A stretch of 64,000 nucleotides of DNA, taken from a virus. Below, piece after piece: positions 1-9,799 of the stretch. Location of the stretch: the IMG/VR virus record IMGVR_UViG_3300029882_000002. One strand, given 5' to 3'. Made by a program: the position numbers and the translations under genes. The first letter of the stretch is position 1, and each line of letters begins with the position of its first letter. Below the pieces are notes generated by a model. It did not search any database. It saw only the letters and a list, made by a program, of their open reading frames with translations, and was not told the origin of the DNA.

Positions 1-1070
1 TAACCGCAGCAGTAACAAAAGCCGTCGTTGCTACCTGAGTTGTGTTGGTACCCGACGTAGCTGTTGGCGCTGTTGGAACTCCGGTTAACGCCGGACTAGC
101 TAGAAGTGCACCGCCAGCGCCTGTGATATCTGAAGCTTCAAAAGTAATGGCCCCGGTTCTTGAGTTAAAACTTGTTACTCCAGCTGATGCAGCAATAGCG
201 GAAGTAACAAAAGCTGTGGTCGCCAACTGAGTATTGTTGGTGCCCACCGTTGCCGTTGGTGCCGTAGGCGTACCTGTGAACGCTGGACTAGCAATGTTGG
301 CCGGAGTGTACGTTAGAGCCGTCGTTATATCTGAATTGGTTAGAGTTACTGCCCCTGTTCTCCCATTAAATGAAGTGACACCGGAACCGGCAATAGCAGA
401 AGCAACAAAAGCAGTGGTTGCTAATTGATTCGTTGACGTGCCAGGCGTAGCCGTTGGAGCCGAAGGAACACCTGTAAATGTAGGGCTGGCTAGCAGTGCT
501 CCACCTACACCAGAAATATCCGAGGCTAAAAAGGTGATAGCCCCTGTTCTTGAATTAAAAGAAGTAACAACACCTGAGGCTAATGTGGCCTCGACAAAAG
601 CGGTTGTTGCTATTTGTGTGGTCGAGGTACCCAGGCTTGCTGTCGGAGCTGTCGGTACACCAGTCAACGAAGGATTAGCCAACGGAGCATAACTGTTGGA
701 AATAAATGCCGTCGTTGCTAGTTGCGTAGTGGACGTACCTGGACTAGCAGTTGGTGCCGTAGGAATCCCTGTAAATGCAGGACTAGCCAACAAGGCTCCA
801 CCAACACCCGTTAAATCGGAAACCAAGAAAGTCACTGCACCCGTTCTGGAATTGAAAGATGTGACTGTATTTAATCCCAATTCAGCTAGGACAAAGGCTG
901 TGGTTGCGATCTGGGTATTGTTGGTGCCTAGACTTGCTGTAGGGGCCGCAGGAACGCCTGTAAATGTAGGGCTGGCTAACGGTGCGGGATTAAAACCCAA
1001 GGCCGTTGTGACGTCTCCTGACGCTAATACTATGGCCCCCGTTCTTGAATTAAAAGAAGTCACTGGCGAA
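1..1070 (-). repeat. in-frame tandem coding repeats (about 190-200 nt unit, at least 5 units in window) inside tail fibre A
   Basis: Each unit encodes VTSFNSRTGA(I/V)T(F/L)..SDI(T/S)G.GGALLASP.FTG.PTAPTA..GT..TQ(L/I/V)ATTAFV. The periodicity is visible as the serial antisense ORFs starting at 42, 234, 438 and 696. Confidence 0.8.
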
Positions 1071-2020
1071 CTGGAAGCCGCTACATTCAACAGACCGCCA
1101 GAAGTAATGGTCAAGGTGTCACCAATCTGGACAACACCTAATTGCGTGGTTGTCGCTATTTGGGGACTAGGTGCCACACTAGTTGCGGTTCTTTCAAAGA
1201 CCGAGAACAGGTCTCCAACAATTGGAGGACTCATTAAAGGGTTGACGAAACCCAGAGTCACGAAATTTCCACTGATCACCGTTGTCTGAACATAGCGACA
1301 AATACTGTACAAGTTCCCGGTCACAAATTCCAGAATGACCTGACCTAGATACGAAGGGGTCATTGCTTCAACGTAGTCGGACAGGGCAATAGTCACCGAC
1401 TGTGTGTCGAACGAAGTGATGGTCGCCGTTGCTTGGTTAGCAAAATTGTAGGCATCGAAATTCCACAGGCCCGTCTGATTTGTGTAGGCTAGAAATGACG
1501 ATTGATAATTCGTTATTCCGCTGATCACATAAGCATTAGGAGTTGCCTGGTTGCTCGGCGGTAAATAGTCAGGACTACCTAGAACAGCCATGCGGAACGC
1601 GTTATCGGACTCAGCGAATTGCAACCACATCGCGTAGTTTTGTCCCACCATCGATAGATAGCAGTCGATCCGGATAGAATTACCTGGCGGTGTAATTGCA
1701 GCTGCTAATTTGACTACCAATTCGTTACCAGCACCCAAAGCGAATAGTGTGCCGTCCTCAGTGAACAGTCCTACTTCACCGAAAGAGAAAGGTCCGAGTT
1801 CAGCATTCAGGAACAAAGAATAAACAACTATGTTGGCTGTGACCGGTGTTGGCAAACTCGGTGTCATTGAGAATACCAAGGATCCATGAATGTTGGTATC
1901 TGTTGCTTCAGGCACGTAATTAAAGGCAGATCCTAATTCGGCAGTAGTAATAGTGATAGGACCTGTATCCGCGTTTAGAAGAGCGGCACCCGCGTCCGTC
2001 AGTTGAAATAGAAAGCTCAT
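1..2020 (-). CDS. tail fibre protein, paralogue A (partial; C-terminal end lies beyond window start)
   Basis: ATG at 2018-2020 preceded by AAGGA. The frame stays open to the window edge (codons 2-61 read ...APTATSGTNTTQVATTAFVTAAV). The N-terminal ~300 aa are paralogous to the 2042..3916 product (MSFxxQLT.AGAALLNA.TGPI, NSIRIDCYLSMVGQNY, GLWNFDAY, ILEFVTG.LYSICRYV). The rest is tandem tail-fibre collar repeats. Plus-strand ORFs 42..1289 are its antisense shadows. Confidence 0.8.
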   Translation of the reverse strand, partial: MSFLFQLTDAGAALLNADTGPITITTAELGSAFNYVPEATDTNIHGSLVFSMTPSLPTPVTANIVVYSLFLNAELGPFSFGEVGLFTEDGTLFALGAGNELVVKLAAAITPPGNSIRIDCYLSMVGQNYAMWLQFAESDNAFRMAVLGSPDYLPPSNQATPNAYVISGITNYQSSFLAYTNQTGLWNFDAYNFANQATATITSFDTQSVTIALSDYVEAMTPSYLGQVILEFVTGNLYSICRYVQTTVISGNFVTLGFVNPLMSPPIVGDLFSVFERTATSVAPSPQIATTTQLGVVQIGDTLTITSGGLLNVAASSSPVTSFNSRTGAIVLASGDVTTALGFNPAPLASPTFTGVPAAPTASLGTNNTQIATTAFVLAELGLNTVTSFNSRTGAVTFLVSDLTGVGGALLASPAFTGIPTAPTASPGTSTTQLATTAFISNSYAPLANPSLTGVPTAPTASLGTSTTQIATTAFVEATLASGVVTSFNSRTGAITFLASDISGVGGALLASPTFTGVPSAPTATPGTSTNQLATTAFVASAIAGSGVTSFNGRTGAVTLTNSDITTALTYTPANIASPAFTGTPTAPTATVGTNNTQLATTAFVTSAIAASAGVTSFNSRTGAITFEASDITGAGGALLASPALTGVPTAPTATSGTNTTQVATTAFVTAAV

Positions 2021-2041
2021 TGCCTATCCTTTTAATTTATT

Positions 2042-3916
2042 TTAATAGCCGATGACAATCCAGGTGCAGTCTACAACGGCGTGTGGCTCTATGGCCCCAG
2101 TAGTGCAGCTATATGGCGCTGTATAGACACCGATCTGCACAAGCGGATTACCGGATGTATATGCTGATACCGAACAGGAGAAACCAGATACTCCAACGTC
2201 GGAGGCGACCCCACCCAAGTAAGCTGTTGTGAACGCTATAGGAAGCGTCTGCACCACGACGTTCACACCAGCCGCTATAGTTGTCACACCCCACTGAATG
2301 ATGAATGATTTACTGGAACCGCCTATCGGTATCTCGAAATACCCAGGATTACCAAACGAGCCGGTGAAGTCAGCCAAGGGCGCAAAGTTGCCGGAGATGG
2401 CAGCCAATGCAGCTGCGACAAAAGCAGTACTAGCAAGTTGAGTTGAATTTGTACCTGGATTTGCTGTTGGTGCTGACGGAACGCCCGTGAACGTAGGGCT
2501 GGCCAGTAGTGCTCCACCAGCACCCGTAATATCAGAACCAGTCAATGTCACAGCACCTGTGCGTGAATTAAAACTAGTCACAGCTCCACTAACACTCAAA
2601 ACACCAGCGCCAGTCACAGCTAGTCCTGAACCAACAGAAACAATTCCGGGGACACTAGTTGTAGCAATCGGAGGTAGCGGAACGACAACATTCCCTGAAC
2701 CATCAGCGGCCACGCTGTTGACTTTTAATACAGGGCTAAAGCCAATATCTAATGTTCCGTCACCGGCAACCGTAATATGTCCATTCGATGAGGCCTTGAC
2801 TCCACCCAACACAGACGTTGTGGCTATGGGCAAAACATAAGTTCCGGGCGCACCAATCAAACTAGAATATAGACCCGTGGTTGCTACCGTAGCTAGACCC
2901 GGAATATCCGAGGCTACAAGTGCAACATTACCAACCTGACCGTTGACGGATATAACGGGGCACGAACTAGGGTTAATGTTTAACAGGCCCTGGCTAGTGA
3001 CAATCAATGAAGTTCCGATCTGTACGGCCCCCAAGGAACTCGTGGTCGCAATCGGTAAATTAGGAATTGTGGTGGATAGTTGTTGACGTCCAAATACTGT
3101 AATTTGGTCACCCACTATTGGATAAATCATGAGTGGATTCACGAAACCCAGAGTCACGAAGTTTCCACTAATAACAGCCGACGAAACATAACGACAAATA
3201 CTATAGAGCGCACCTGTCACGAATTCAAGAATGACCTCACCTAAATATTCCGGATTCATGCCCGATACATAGGAGGCCAAAGGAATTGTTACACTAAAAG
3301 CATCGAAAGAAGTGATAGCTGCTGATGCTTGATTAGCGTAGGCATAGGCATCGAAATTCCACAGTCCAGTTTGATTTGTGTATGCTAGAAACGAGGACTG
3401 TGAACTGGTGACACCACTAATTATGTACGCATTGGGAGTAGCTTTATTGGACGGTGGCAAATAATCAGGACTACCAAGAACCGCCATCTGAAATTGATTA
3501 TTTGACTCTCCTAGCTGTAGCCACATTTCGTAGTTCTGACCCACCATCGATAGATAACAATCAATGCGAATTGAATTCCCAGGAAATCCTACGGACTGTG
3601 CTAATTTATAAATTAGAAGATTGGAAGCACCTAGTGCAAATAAGGTTCCATCACCAGTAAAGAATCCAACCTCACCAAAGTCAAATGGACCAACCTCGTA
3701 GTCCAAGTAAATAGAATAGCGAACAACGTTTGCTGTTGCAGCTACGGGCAAGCTAGGGGTAGTCTCGAAAATTAGTGATCCATGAATGTTGGTATCCGAG
3801 GGCTGCGGAATGTAGTTAAAGGCCGATCCCAGTTCACAATTGGTAAGTACAATAGGTCCAGTATTAGCATTTAGAAGCGCGGCACCTGCCGTTGTAAGCT
3901 GAAGAACAAAACTCAT
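2042..3916 (-). CDS. tail fibre protein, paralogue B
   Basis: 624 aa, ATG 3914-3916. Shares the N-terminal ~300 aa with fibre A. Has three IATTSxxGxV repeats, a single collar repeat (VTSFNSRTGAVTLTGSDITGAGGALLASPTFTGVPSAPTANPGTNSTQLASTAFV) and a distinct C-terminal knob-like domain (FIIQWGVTT...). Confidence 0.85.
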   Translation of the reverse strand: MSFVLQLTTAGAALLNANTGPIVLTNCELGSAFNYIPQPSDTNIHGSLIFETTPSLPVAATANVVRYSIYLDYEVGPFDFGEVGFFTGDGTLFALGASNLLIYKLAQSVGFPGNSIRIDCYLSMVGQNYEMWLQLGESNNQFQMAVLGSPDYLPPSNKATPNAYIISGVTSSQSSFLAYTNQTGLWNFDAYAYANQASAAITSFDAFSVTIPLASYVSGMNPEYLGEVILEFVTGALYSICRYVSSAVISGNFVTLGFVNPLMIYPIVGDQITVFGRQQLSTTIPNLPIATTSSLGAVQIGTSLIVTSQGLLNINPSSCPVISVNGQVGNVALVASDIPGLATVATTGLYSSLIGAPGTYVLPIATTSVLGGVKASSNGHITVAGDGTLDIGFSPVLKVNSVAADGSGNVVVPLPPIATTSVPGIVSVGSGLAVTGAGVLSVSGAVTSFNSRTGAVTLTGSDITGAGGALLASPTFTGVPSAPTANPGTNSTQLASTAFVAAALAAISGNFAPLADFTGSFGNPGYFEIPIGGSSKSFIIQWGVTTIAAGVNVVVQTLPIAFTTAYLGGVASDVGVSGFSCSVSAYTSGNPLVQIGVYTAPYSCTTGAIEPHAVVDCTWIVIGY

Positions 3917-3987
3917 GATTTGGCCTCGGGTTGAAATTTAATATTGCTTATATCCGTAAAATTGCGCATTTTCCTCAAAGGCTTTTA

Positions 3988-4887
3988 ATGACCCGTATAC
4001 GCCCCCTATCATCACATTCAATTGGTTCTGACTTCGTTCAGGTCTACCGAGAGGCTATGGCTGAACAACTAGTAACCGACAAAAATACACCGCACAGGGT
4101 CTTGAACTTGCGTCCCTCACAAATGCCGTTCTGTCCTCTAAATTTCTTTATTCAGCATGCAGTTCGCGGCCTCTATAGAGACCTGGACATGAAGGGCACT
4201 TTCTATACGTCTGTAGGGACCACTGTTCATGAAGTACTTCAGAATTTTCTGTGCAGAAGCGGAAGACTACTAGCCGACTACTATTGTCGTGAATGTGATA
4301 CCTGGCACCGCTTTTCATACGTCCATGAATGCTGTGAGTTTCCAACCGCGTACCATGAAGTCTCAATAAAGTGGGGAGGTGTGCAGGGGCACATCGATGC
4401 TGTCTACCAAGATAGAAAAGGGAAACTTTGGGTATTAGATTTCAAAACAACATCAATTGACGGAGCTGAGGCCAAGAAAAAAGATCCAGGGGTAGCCTAC
4501 AGAGAGCAGATCGAGACTTACGCTGTATTGTTCGAACTTCAGTACGGCTTGCAAATCGAAGGAATCATGGATGCCTTTATTATTCGTGACAATCCAGAAA
4601 AAGATCCCGTGATATGGGCACGTCCACTAACCGATGCACTAAGGTCCAAGGTAAAGACCCGGCTGAACAAATACAAACGTATGCACAGAGATGCGCTGGA
4701 TGCAGAGACTGGCCCAGAAGTAGTAGCTTTGTTGAATTATGGACGTTGTGTTGATCCTTATTGCAAGGTCTGCAAGCTTAGCGATGCATCGTTGAGGACT
4801 CGTCTTAAGCACGCGTATCGAATGGGTAAAGCCAATGGCAACGTGCCGATCCGGGCAATGGCTAACCGTGCATTGTCTAGTAAATAA
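3988..4887 (+). CDS. PD-(D/E)XK exonuclease, Cas4/RecB-like
   Basis: GHIDAVYQD ... LWVLDFKTTS nuclease core, plus an N-terminal Cys (MPFCPL) and a C-terminal Cys triad (CVDPYCKVCK) as in Cas4-family Fe-S nucleases. Start placed at ATG 3988 (AAAGG RBS); the longest ORF starts at TTG 3931, only 14 nt from the divergent fibre gene. Confidence 0.65.
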   Translation: MTRIRPLSSHSIGSDFVQVYREAMAEQLVTDKNTPHRVLNLRPSQMPFCPLNFFIQHAVRGLYRDLDMKGTFYTSVGTTVHEVLQNFLCRSGRLLADYYCRECDTWHRFSYVHECCEFPTAYHEVSIKWGGVQGHIDAVYQDRKGKLWVLDFKTTSIDGAEAKKKDPGVAYREQIETYAVLFELQYGLQIEGIMDAFIIRDNPEKDPVIWARPLTDALRSKVKTRLNKYKRMHRDALDAETGPEVVALLNYGRCVDPYCKVCKLSDASLRTRLKHAYRMGKANGNVPIRAMANRALSSK

Positions 4888-4939
4888 AGAGTGAGTTAAT
4901 GATTGACACGTACACGTAAGATAGACTACGGAGAATGTC

Positions 4940-5128
4940 TTGGAACTACGCGAATTCATATTGCAGGAAAAGGAATTGCTAGACGGCTTTGCTTGGACCT
5001 ACGCACAGCACATAAAGAAAGGAAAGGCCTTGACCAATATAAGGCCTGCAGAAGAATGGACCATATTATTAACCGAATATTTGGAGACCCGAAAAGATGG
5101 CAATCAAAGACAAAGTGAAGCTGCCTGA
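4940..5128 (+). CDS. hypothetical small protein
   Basis: 62-aa ORF with TTG start 5 nt after GGAGA. More protein-like composition than the overlapping 4903..5118 ORF. Overlaps the next ORF by 32 nt. Confidence 0.3.
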   Translation: MELREFILQEKELLDGFAWTYAQHIKKGKALTNIRPAEEWTILLTEYLETRKDGNQRQSEAA

Positions 5129-5345
5129 ACGTCAGCCTGAAAGCCTCACTGTAACAGTTTCAAGAACAGCTCAGATTCGGCAATTCGAACCTGTTCATGT
5201 GTCAGTGACTCAGGTCTATACCGTGGGCGACAGCATAAGTATTAGTTCATTGCGACGGACGGCCCTAGAGGCTATCGGCTCAGCAGTTGAGCAGGCAATT
5301 GACAAGGAGATTGACCGATACTCAACGCACGTAAGAGACGATTAA
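5097..5345 (+). CDS. hypothetical protein
   Basis: 82-aa ORF in the plus-strand block. Its stop is 1 nt before the next ATG. Confidence 0.55.
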   Translation: MAIKDKVKLPERQPESLTVTVSRTAQIRQFEPVHVSVTQVYTVGDSISISSLRRTALEAIGSAVEQAIDKEIDRYSTHVRDD

Positions 5346-5346
5346 C

Positions 5347-5586
5347 ATGGGTCGCTACGATACGGTGTACTTTAATTGCCCCGCGTGCTCGGACCTCAAT
5401 TCTGAGCAAACGAAAGTCGGAGCCTGCAAATTCGACGGTTATCCAATAACTGAAGTTCCAGCTGAAATTGCTAAATCCATTCTCAATGATTGGACCACCT
5501 GTTACTGCCAACACTGTGGAACCCACATCGTGTTCGGTCACATAGACAATCAAATAATCCCATTAGTTTGTAGAGAGCACGCATGA
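5347..5586 (+). CDS. zinc-ribbon protein
   Basis: 79 aa with CPAC ... CQHC pairs. ATGA-coupled to the clamp-loader gene. Confidence 0.6.
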   Translation: MGRYDTVYFNCPACSDLNSEQTKVGACKFDGYPITEVPAEIAKSILNDWTTCYCQHCGTHIVFGHIDNQIIPLVCREHA

Positions 5587-6737
5587 CCACAAAAAAAGTA
5601 GAAGACGTAGACTCCACAGATAATTCTAATAGACTGGCCCTCAAGTACAGGCCTCGCACGTTCGCACGAGTCCTAGGCCATGAGACGGTCGTGACCCGTC
5701 TTAGGGGCATGGTTGCCAAAGGCACACTGCCCTCTGTTATTGCATTCTTTGGGCCACCGTCAGCAGGCAAGACAACGCTAGCCCGTGTTCTAGCCGCAGA
5801 ATTCAATGGACGACCAGTCGAACAACAACCGTCGTTCAAAGAGTTAAATGCGGCAACTCAGCGTGGAATTGATGATGTACGTGATCTAGAAAAACTCTCC
5901 AAGTTTAGACCCATGGACTGCAAGCAACGATTCATCGTTATCGATGAGGCCCAGCAGTTCATGAGCAATGCTGTGGCAGCGCAGGGATTGCTCAAGCCTA
6001 TGGAGGAACCGGGGAAAAGCACAACTTGGATTATTTGTTCCATGGAGCCTGATAAGTTTCAGGGTTCTAAAGTCGGGCGTGCAATCCTTAGTAGAGCTAC
6101 ACAATTTGTGCTTAATCCACCTACAGCCTCGGACATGCTGAAACAGGCATTACGCATAGCCAAGGGTGAGTCCATGGACTATGTATTGACTGAAGACCGA
6201 TCTATTCTGAAGGCTATCGTAAAGGCTAGCAATCAAGAACTGCGAGTAGTCGCCAACTTAATGGCCGACCTTCAGAATTACTACGATGGACTGGGGGTCA
6301 AGCCTAAGTTTCTTTCAGCCGAGAATGTCTCTGACGTCTTGGCCTCAACCGAAAGCTCAGATGACGAAGTAGCGTTGAAGTTCATGGTTGCTTTGTATTC
6401 TCTAAACTATAAGAAACTACAGCGAGCACTTTTAGACGTTACAGATGGTTTTGGTTTCATAAAAAAGATTTGTTGGTTATCCTCATTTATTCTAAATACT
6501 GAAGTCCTGGACGGTGTACGACATTCGAAAGTTTGGTCCTCACCCTTAAATAAGAAACTGCATGTTCAAGTAAAGGCCATGAACACGAGTTTTGATTTGA
6601 TAGCCCAAGTGAATGCAAAGCTGATCCAGGTCCAGGGTCTGTCCATGCAATTCCAGGTCCAGGCCACCGAGCTTTTATCCTCCGAATTGTATGGGTTTAT
6701 TAAGAGTGTTTGCTATCGTGATCGTGAAGTTAAATAA
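5583..6737 (+). CDS. clamp-loader AAA+ ATPase (DnaX/RFC/T4 gp44-like)
   Basis: LKYRPRTFARVLGHE box, Walker A GPPSAGKTT, Walker B FIVIDEAQ, sensor-1 SRATQF. Confidence 0.8.
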   Translation: MTTKKVEDVDSTDNSNRLALKYRPRTFARVLGHETVVTRLRGMVAKGTLPSVIAFFGPPSAGKTTLARVLAAEFNGRPVEQQPSFKELNAATQRGIDDVRDLEKLSKFRPMDCKQRFIVIDEAQQFMSNAVAAQGLLKPMEEPGKSTTWIICSMEPDKFQGSKVGRAILSRATQFVLNPPTASDMLKQALRIAKGESMDYVLTEDRSILKAIVKASNQELRVVANLMADLQNYYDGLGVKPKFLSAENVSDVLASTESSDDEVALKFMVALYSLNYKKLQRALLDVTDGFGFIKKICWLSSFILNTEVLDGVRHSKVWSSPLNKKLHVQVKAMNTSFDLIAQVNAKLIQVQGLSMQFQVQATELLSSELYGFIKSVCYRDREVK

Positions 6738-6753
6738 CAGCAATAGGTAACAT

Positions 6754-9015
6754 ATGAACGTAGTCCACAGTATCAGACTAAAAGACGTAGGTGTTTTTAA
6801 AGACGTCGAGCTTAAGGTAGAGCCTGGCATTACAGTTCTGTACGGACTGAACCGAAGTGGTGGACGAGCCTCAAAGAACTCGAATGGTGTGGGCAAGTCC
6901 CTGATTACCAGTTCTTTGGCTGATCTCTTGTACGAGGAGCCTATTGTTGGTGAAAAGTCTGATCGTATGCGTGTCGGTAGCCGTTATACGTCGTTCACCG
7001 ATTATAGGGGACGTAAAGTAGACTTGAGTCGAGTTATGAACGGGCGTTCCGAAAAGATTGGAATTTCTGTTGATGATAAAGAATTAAAGCTTAGGACGTC
7101 TACCTACAACAGACAGACCCTGAAAAAGCTGTGGCCTATTAGTCAAGAAGAATATCAGACCTACGTTCATATAGATGGTCGAATTCCACACCCCTTGGTC
7201 ATGGGAAAAAGCGTTGAACGCAAAGCATTCTTTACTGCGTTCTTCGGCTTGGACAAAATGGATGCTGAACGCAAACTCTACACTGCTGAATTATCCAAAT
7301 TATCCAAGATAAAATCTGCGTTCCAAGAATTAAGGACTGCTTACACTAAAGCAAAATTAGATTTATTGGACACCGAGGCAGAGACTCAAGTCACTGAGCT
7401 GGTCACCAAGTACAGACAGCAACTAAAGAACGTACAGCAACGGTTCAATAAGGCACAAGACATATTGCGTTTACTGAACTTTGCGACATCCGCAAAGTCC
7501 CATATCTCTACATTGGCCAAGGCCTGTGGGGGGACTATAACGGAGGAAGAGGTTGAACGCTGTGTGTCAGATAATAAATGGGAATTGAAGAAAGCTACTT
7601 CCGACCTAGAAGACGCTGAGAACTGGACGCTATACCAACGCGAAACTTCGAACTACACAAAGGCTATCGAGAAATTAAGTAAGAGCACGAGAGCTAGGAT
7701 AGAAAAATATGGAGTCAAGAAGGCCTTGACCCTGGCTAAAGCGAAGACCAAAGAGCGACGCGAACTTCTTCATAAATCAGAAGAACTAAGAGAAGAAATA
7801 GGCACCGCCAAATATGCATTAGACCGATTAAAACTCGAACGCGTGATGAGACCTCAAGGGGAATTAGCTGATCTTGAAACAGCGCTTAGGTCCTACGTGC
7901 ATCAGTTGGAACATGCCTTACAGTTCAAGTCGGGTACGTGTGAAACTTGTGGGCAATCTGTGACAGTAAAAGACCCGAGGACCCTAGAGTCCAAGGTCAC
8001 TAAATTGAGGTCGCAAATTGAACAGCATAGGACCTACACTGAGTTCAAGAAGGCCCAGGCAGAGAGAACTAAACTAACAGAGATTTTTACATCGGCTAGT
8101 GCTGAACTTGAAGAGGTAAAAGCTAAAAGTTTAGCATTAACTACATGGTCTTCTGTCTACGAAGAACTGATTGATCTTCCGTCCAAACCTTCTCCGTTTG
8201 AAGGCAAGAAATTGCAGGCTGAGGTCATGCGCAGGGTCATGGCTGAATTAGTTGAGCGCAGATCCTTGTTCGATTATTTAGTGCCCCATCTAGAAACTAT
8301 TCTTGAGTTCCAGGCATTGACCAAAGACGACTTGGAGTTGGCTACCCAAGTTGATGATATGTCAGAACGCATGAATCGGGTTCAAGAGCGGTTGGCTAAG
8401 GTTCAGGTCAAGCTTGAAGTGCATAAAACGGTGAAGACTCGTATCTCTGAAATGAGAACCCGTCTTGTATCAATGAAGCACGAATTAAAAGACGAACCGG
8501 CACTTAAGTTATTAGTCCAAGGTTTCCAAGATAAGGTCATGAAGAAGATGGCTGTCGAGGCTATTGGTCAACGCTTAATGGCATTAGTCAACACTTATGC
8601 GGCAGCAGCCTTTCCTGAGAACTATAGGTTCGAGATTCAATGGGGTTCACAAGTCGATATCTTGGTTCATCGAAAATATGGCAAGCGTGTATTGACGTCA
8701 GATGTTCGAAAACTCTCTGGTGCCGAATCTACAATATTTACACTGATATTGGTATGTGCACTTTTTGCTTTCGTTCCGTCACACAAACGCTGCAATCTTT
8801 TGATACTGGATGAACCGAGTGCTCGTCTATCGAAAGAAATGACTGACGTACTGCAACACTTGCTTAAGGTCCTCAACAAATTCATACCTTCAATCATTGT
8901 TGTGACGCCTAAAAACGATGAAATTTTTGAGGGTGCCCGAGCACTCACAATTGTCAAACAGAATGGTTACGCAACAATTAGATCGGGTTTCCCTCATCAA
9001 CAAACTAGCAATTGA
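6754..9015 (+). CDS. Rad50/SbcC/T4 gp46-like recombination ATPase
   Basis: N-terminal P-loop (NSNGVGKSL), long coiled-coil with a central CxxC zinc hook (CETCGQ), C-terminal signature LSGAESTIF and Walker B LLILDEP. Confidence 0.8.
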   Translation: MNVVHSIRLKDVGVFKDVELKVEPGITVLYGLNRSGGRASKNSNGVGKSLITSSLADLLYEEPIVGEKSDRMRVGSRYTSFTDYRGRKVDLSRVMNGRSEKIGISVDDKELKLRTSTYNRQTLKKLWPISQEEYQTYVHIDGRIPHPLVMGKSVERKAFFTAFFGLDKMDAERKLYTAELSKLSKIKSAFQELRTAYTKAKLDLLDTEAETQVTELVTKYRQQLKNVQQRFNKAQDILRLLNFATSAKSHISTLAKACGGTITEEEVERCVSDNKWELKKATSDLEDAENWTLYQRETSNYTKAIEKLSKSTRARIEKYGVKKALTLAKAKTKERRELLHKSEELREEIGTAKYALDRLKLERVMRPQGELADLETALRSYVHQLEHALQFKSGTCETCGQSVTVKDPRTLESKVTKLRSQIEQHRTYTEFKKAQAERTKLTEIFTSASAELEEVKAKSLALTTWSSVYEELIDLPSKPSPFEGKKLQAEVMRRVMAELVERRSLFDYLVPHLETILEFQALTKDDLELATQVDDMSERMNRVQERLAKVQVKLEVHKTVKTRISEMRTRLVSMKHELKDEPALKLLVQGFQDKVMKKMAVEAIGQRLMALVNTYAAAAFPENYRFEIQWGSQVDILVHRKYGKRVLTSDVRKLSGAESTIFTLILVCALFAFVPSHKRCNLLILDEPSARLSKEMTDVLQHLLKVLNKFIPSIIVVTPKNDEIFEGARALTIVKQNGYATIRSGFPHQQTSN

Positions 9016-9752
9016 AAACTATGACTATACTTGGAGCATTCGGAGTTGTTCATCTATCACCATTAGAGGTGGTTCAGGCCCTAACCGAATTAAGAACCTC
9101 ATATACGTTGGTCAGCCGTGAACGTAATTTGAAGGTCCATACTTCAGATGGACTATGCGAGGCACAACCGGCATGGCCTATTGTCATTGACTCATTAAAG
9201 GCTCTCAATAAAGTCAGAGGTGTTCCTCATGATCGGCATGTCTACCTGATAGTTGATAGCAGGGCTGCACTTTCACATACCAACGTTGATAAAACGCTGT
9301 GGCCCGAATCAGGGACTCAAGCTGAGTTCAGGACTAATCTTAAAAAAGCGTTGAGATTAGCGGCTAAGTCTACATATGAATGGCGGCTAGTCAACAGTGA
9401 ACCCTCGATTACGGAGTATGTGAATTCAGCGACGAAGCCCTCATTCTTGAACTTCATTCAGACAGAGCTATACAAGATCACGAACTATCAATTGCGTAAA
9501 GAGGTACAGGGGCTAACCATTGCCTATTTGGCGGGGGCACTGCCTATCTCTGTACTGAGGCGTCGTATCAAGAGCAGTCATAAATTAACTGCTCTTGGGA
9601 CCTATGTTCTTTCTGACAAGGCCAAACAGTTGAAGGACGCAATAGCTATGCTGAAGACCACGTCTATGGAACAGGTAGTCAAATCCACGGGTTTCCAGCA
9701 GTTTGAACTAATGTATGTGACAACCAGTCACGCTAAGTCCAGTTTGAAATAG
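9012..9752 (+). CDS. hypothetical protein (not Mre11-like)
   Basis: 246-aa ORF coupled to the Rad50-like gene (TTGA overlap; alternative ATG at 9021). No metallophosphoesterase motifs seen. Confidence 0.6.
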   Translation: MKTMTILGAFGVVHLSPLEVVQALTELRTSYTLVSRERNLKVHTSDGLCEAQPAWPIVIDSLKALNKVRGVPHDRHVYLIVDSRAALSHTNVDKTLWPESGTQAEFRTNLKKALRLAAKSTYEWRLVNSEPSITEYVNSATKPSFLNFIQTELYKITNYQLRKEVQGLTIAYLAGALPISVLRRRIKSSHKLTALGTYVLSDKAKQLKDAIAMLKTTSMEQVVKSTGFQQFELMYVTTSHAKSSLK

Positions 9753-9799
9753 ACAATTTTATAAAGTAAGTCGACAATTCAATCTGGAGTTATAAAAGC

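Noticed and set aside
42-1289. Four consecutive plus-strand ORFs (62-197 aa) with repetitive VAVGAVGTPVNAGLA...APVLELK sequences
   Set aside because: They are the antisense reading of the tail-fibre collar repeats. The minus-strand frame gives canonical fibre motifs (ASPxFTGxPTAPTA, ATTAFV), is continuous from ATG 2020 to the window edge, and is paralogous to the adjacent fibre gene.
2323-2840. ORFs 2323..2523 (-) and 2487..2840 (+) inside tail fibre B
   Set aside because: They are alternative-frame or antisense shadows of a 624-aa gene with clear fibre motifs.
4903-5118. 71-aa plus-strand ORF overlapping 4940..5128
   Set aside because: It has a highly basic, low-complexity translation and no RBS. 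The overlapping 4940 frame looks more protein-like, though that ORF is itself low confidence.
9012-9752. ORF downstream of the Rad50-like gene as the expected Mre11/SbcD nuclease
   Set aside because: No metallophosphoesterase motifs are visible in the 246-aa translation, so it is left as hypothetical.
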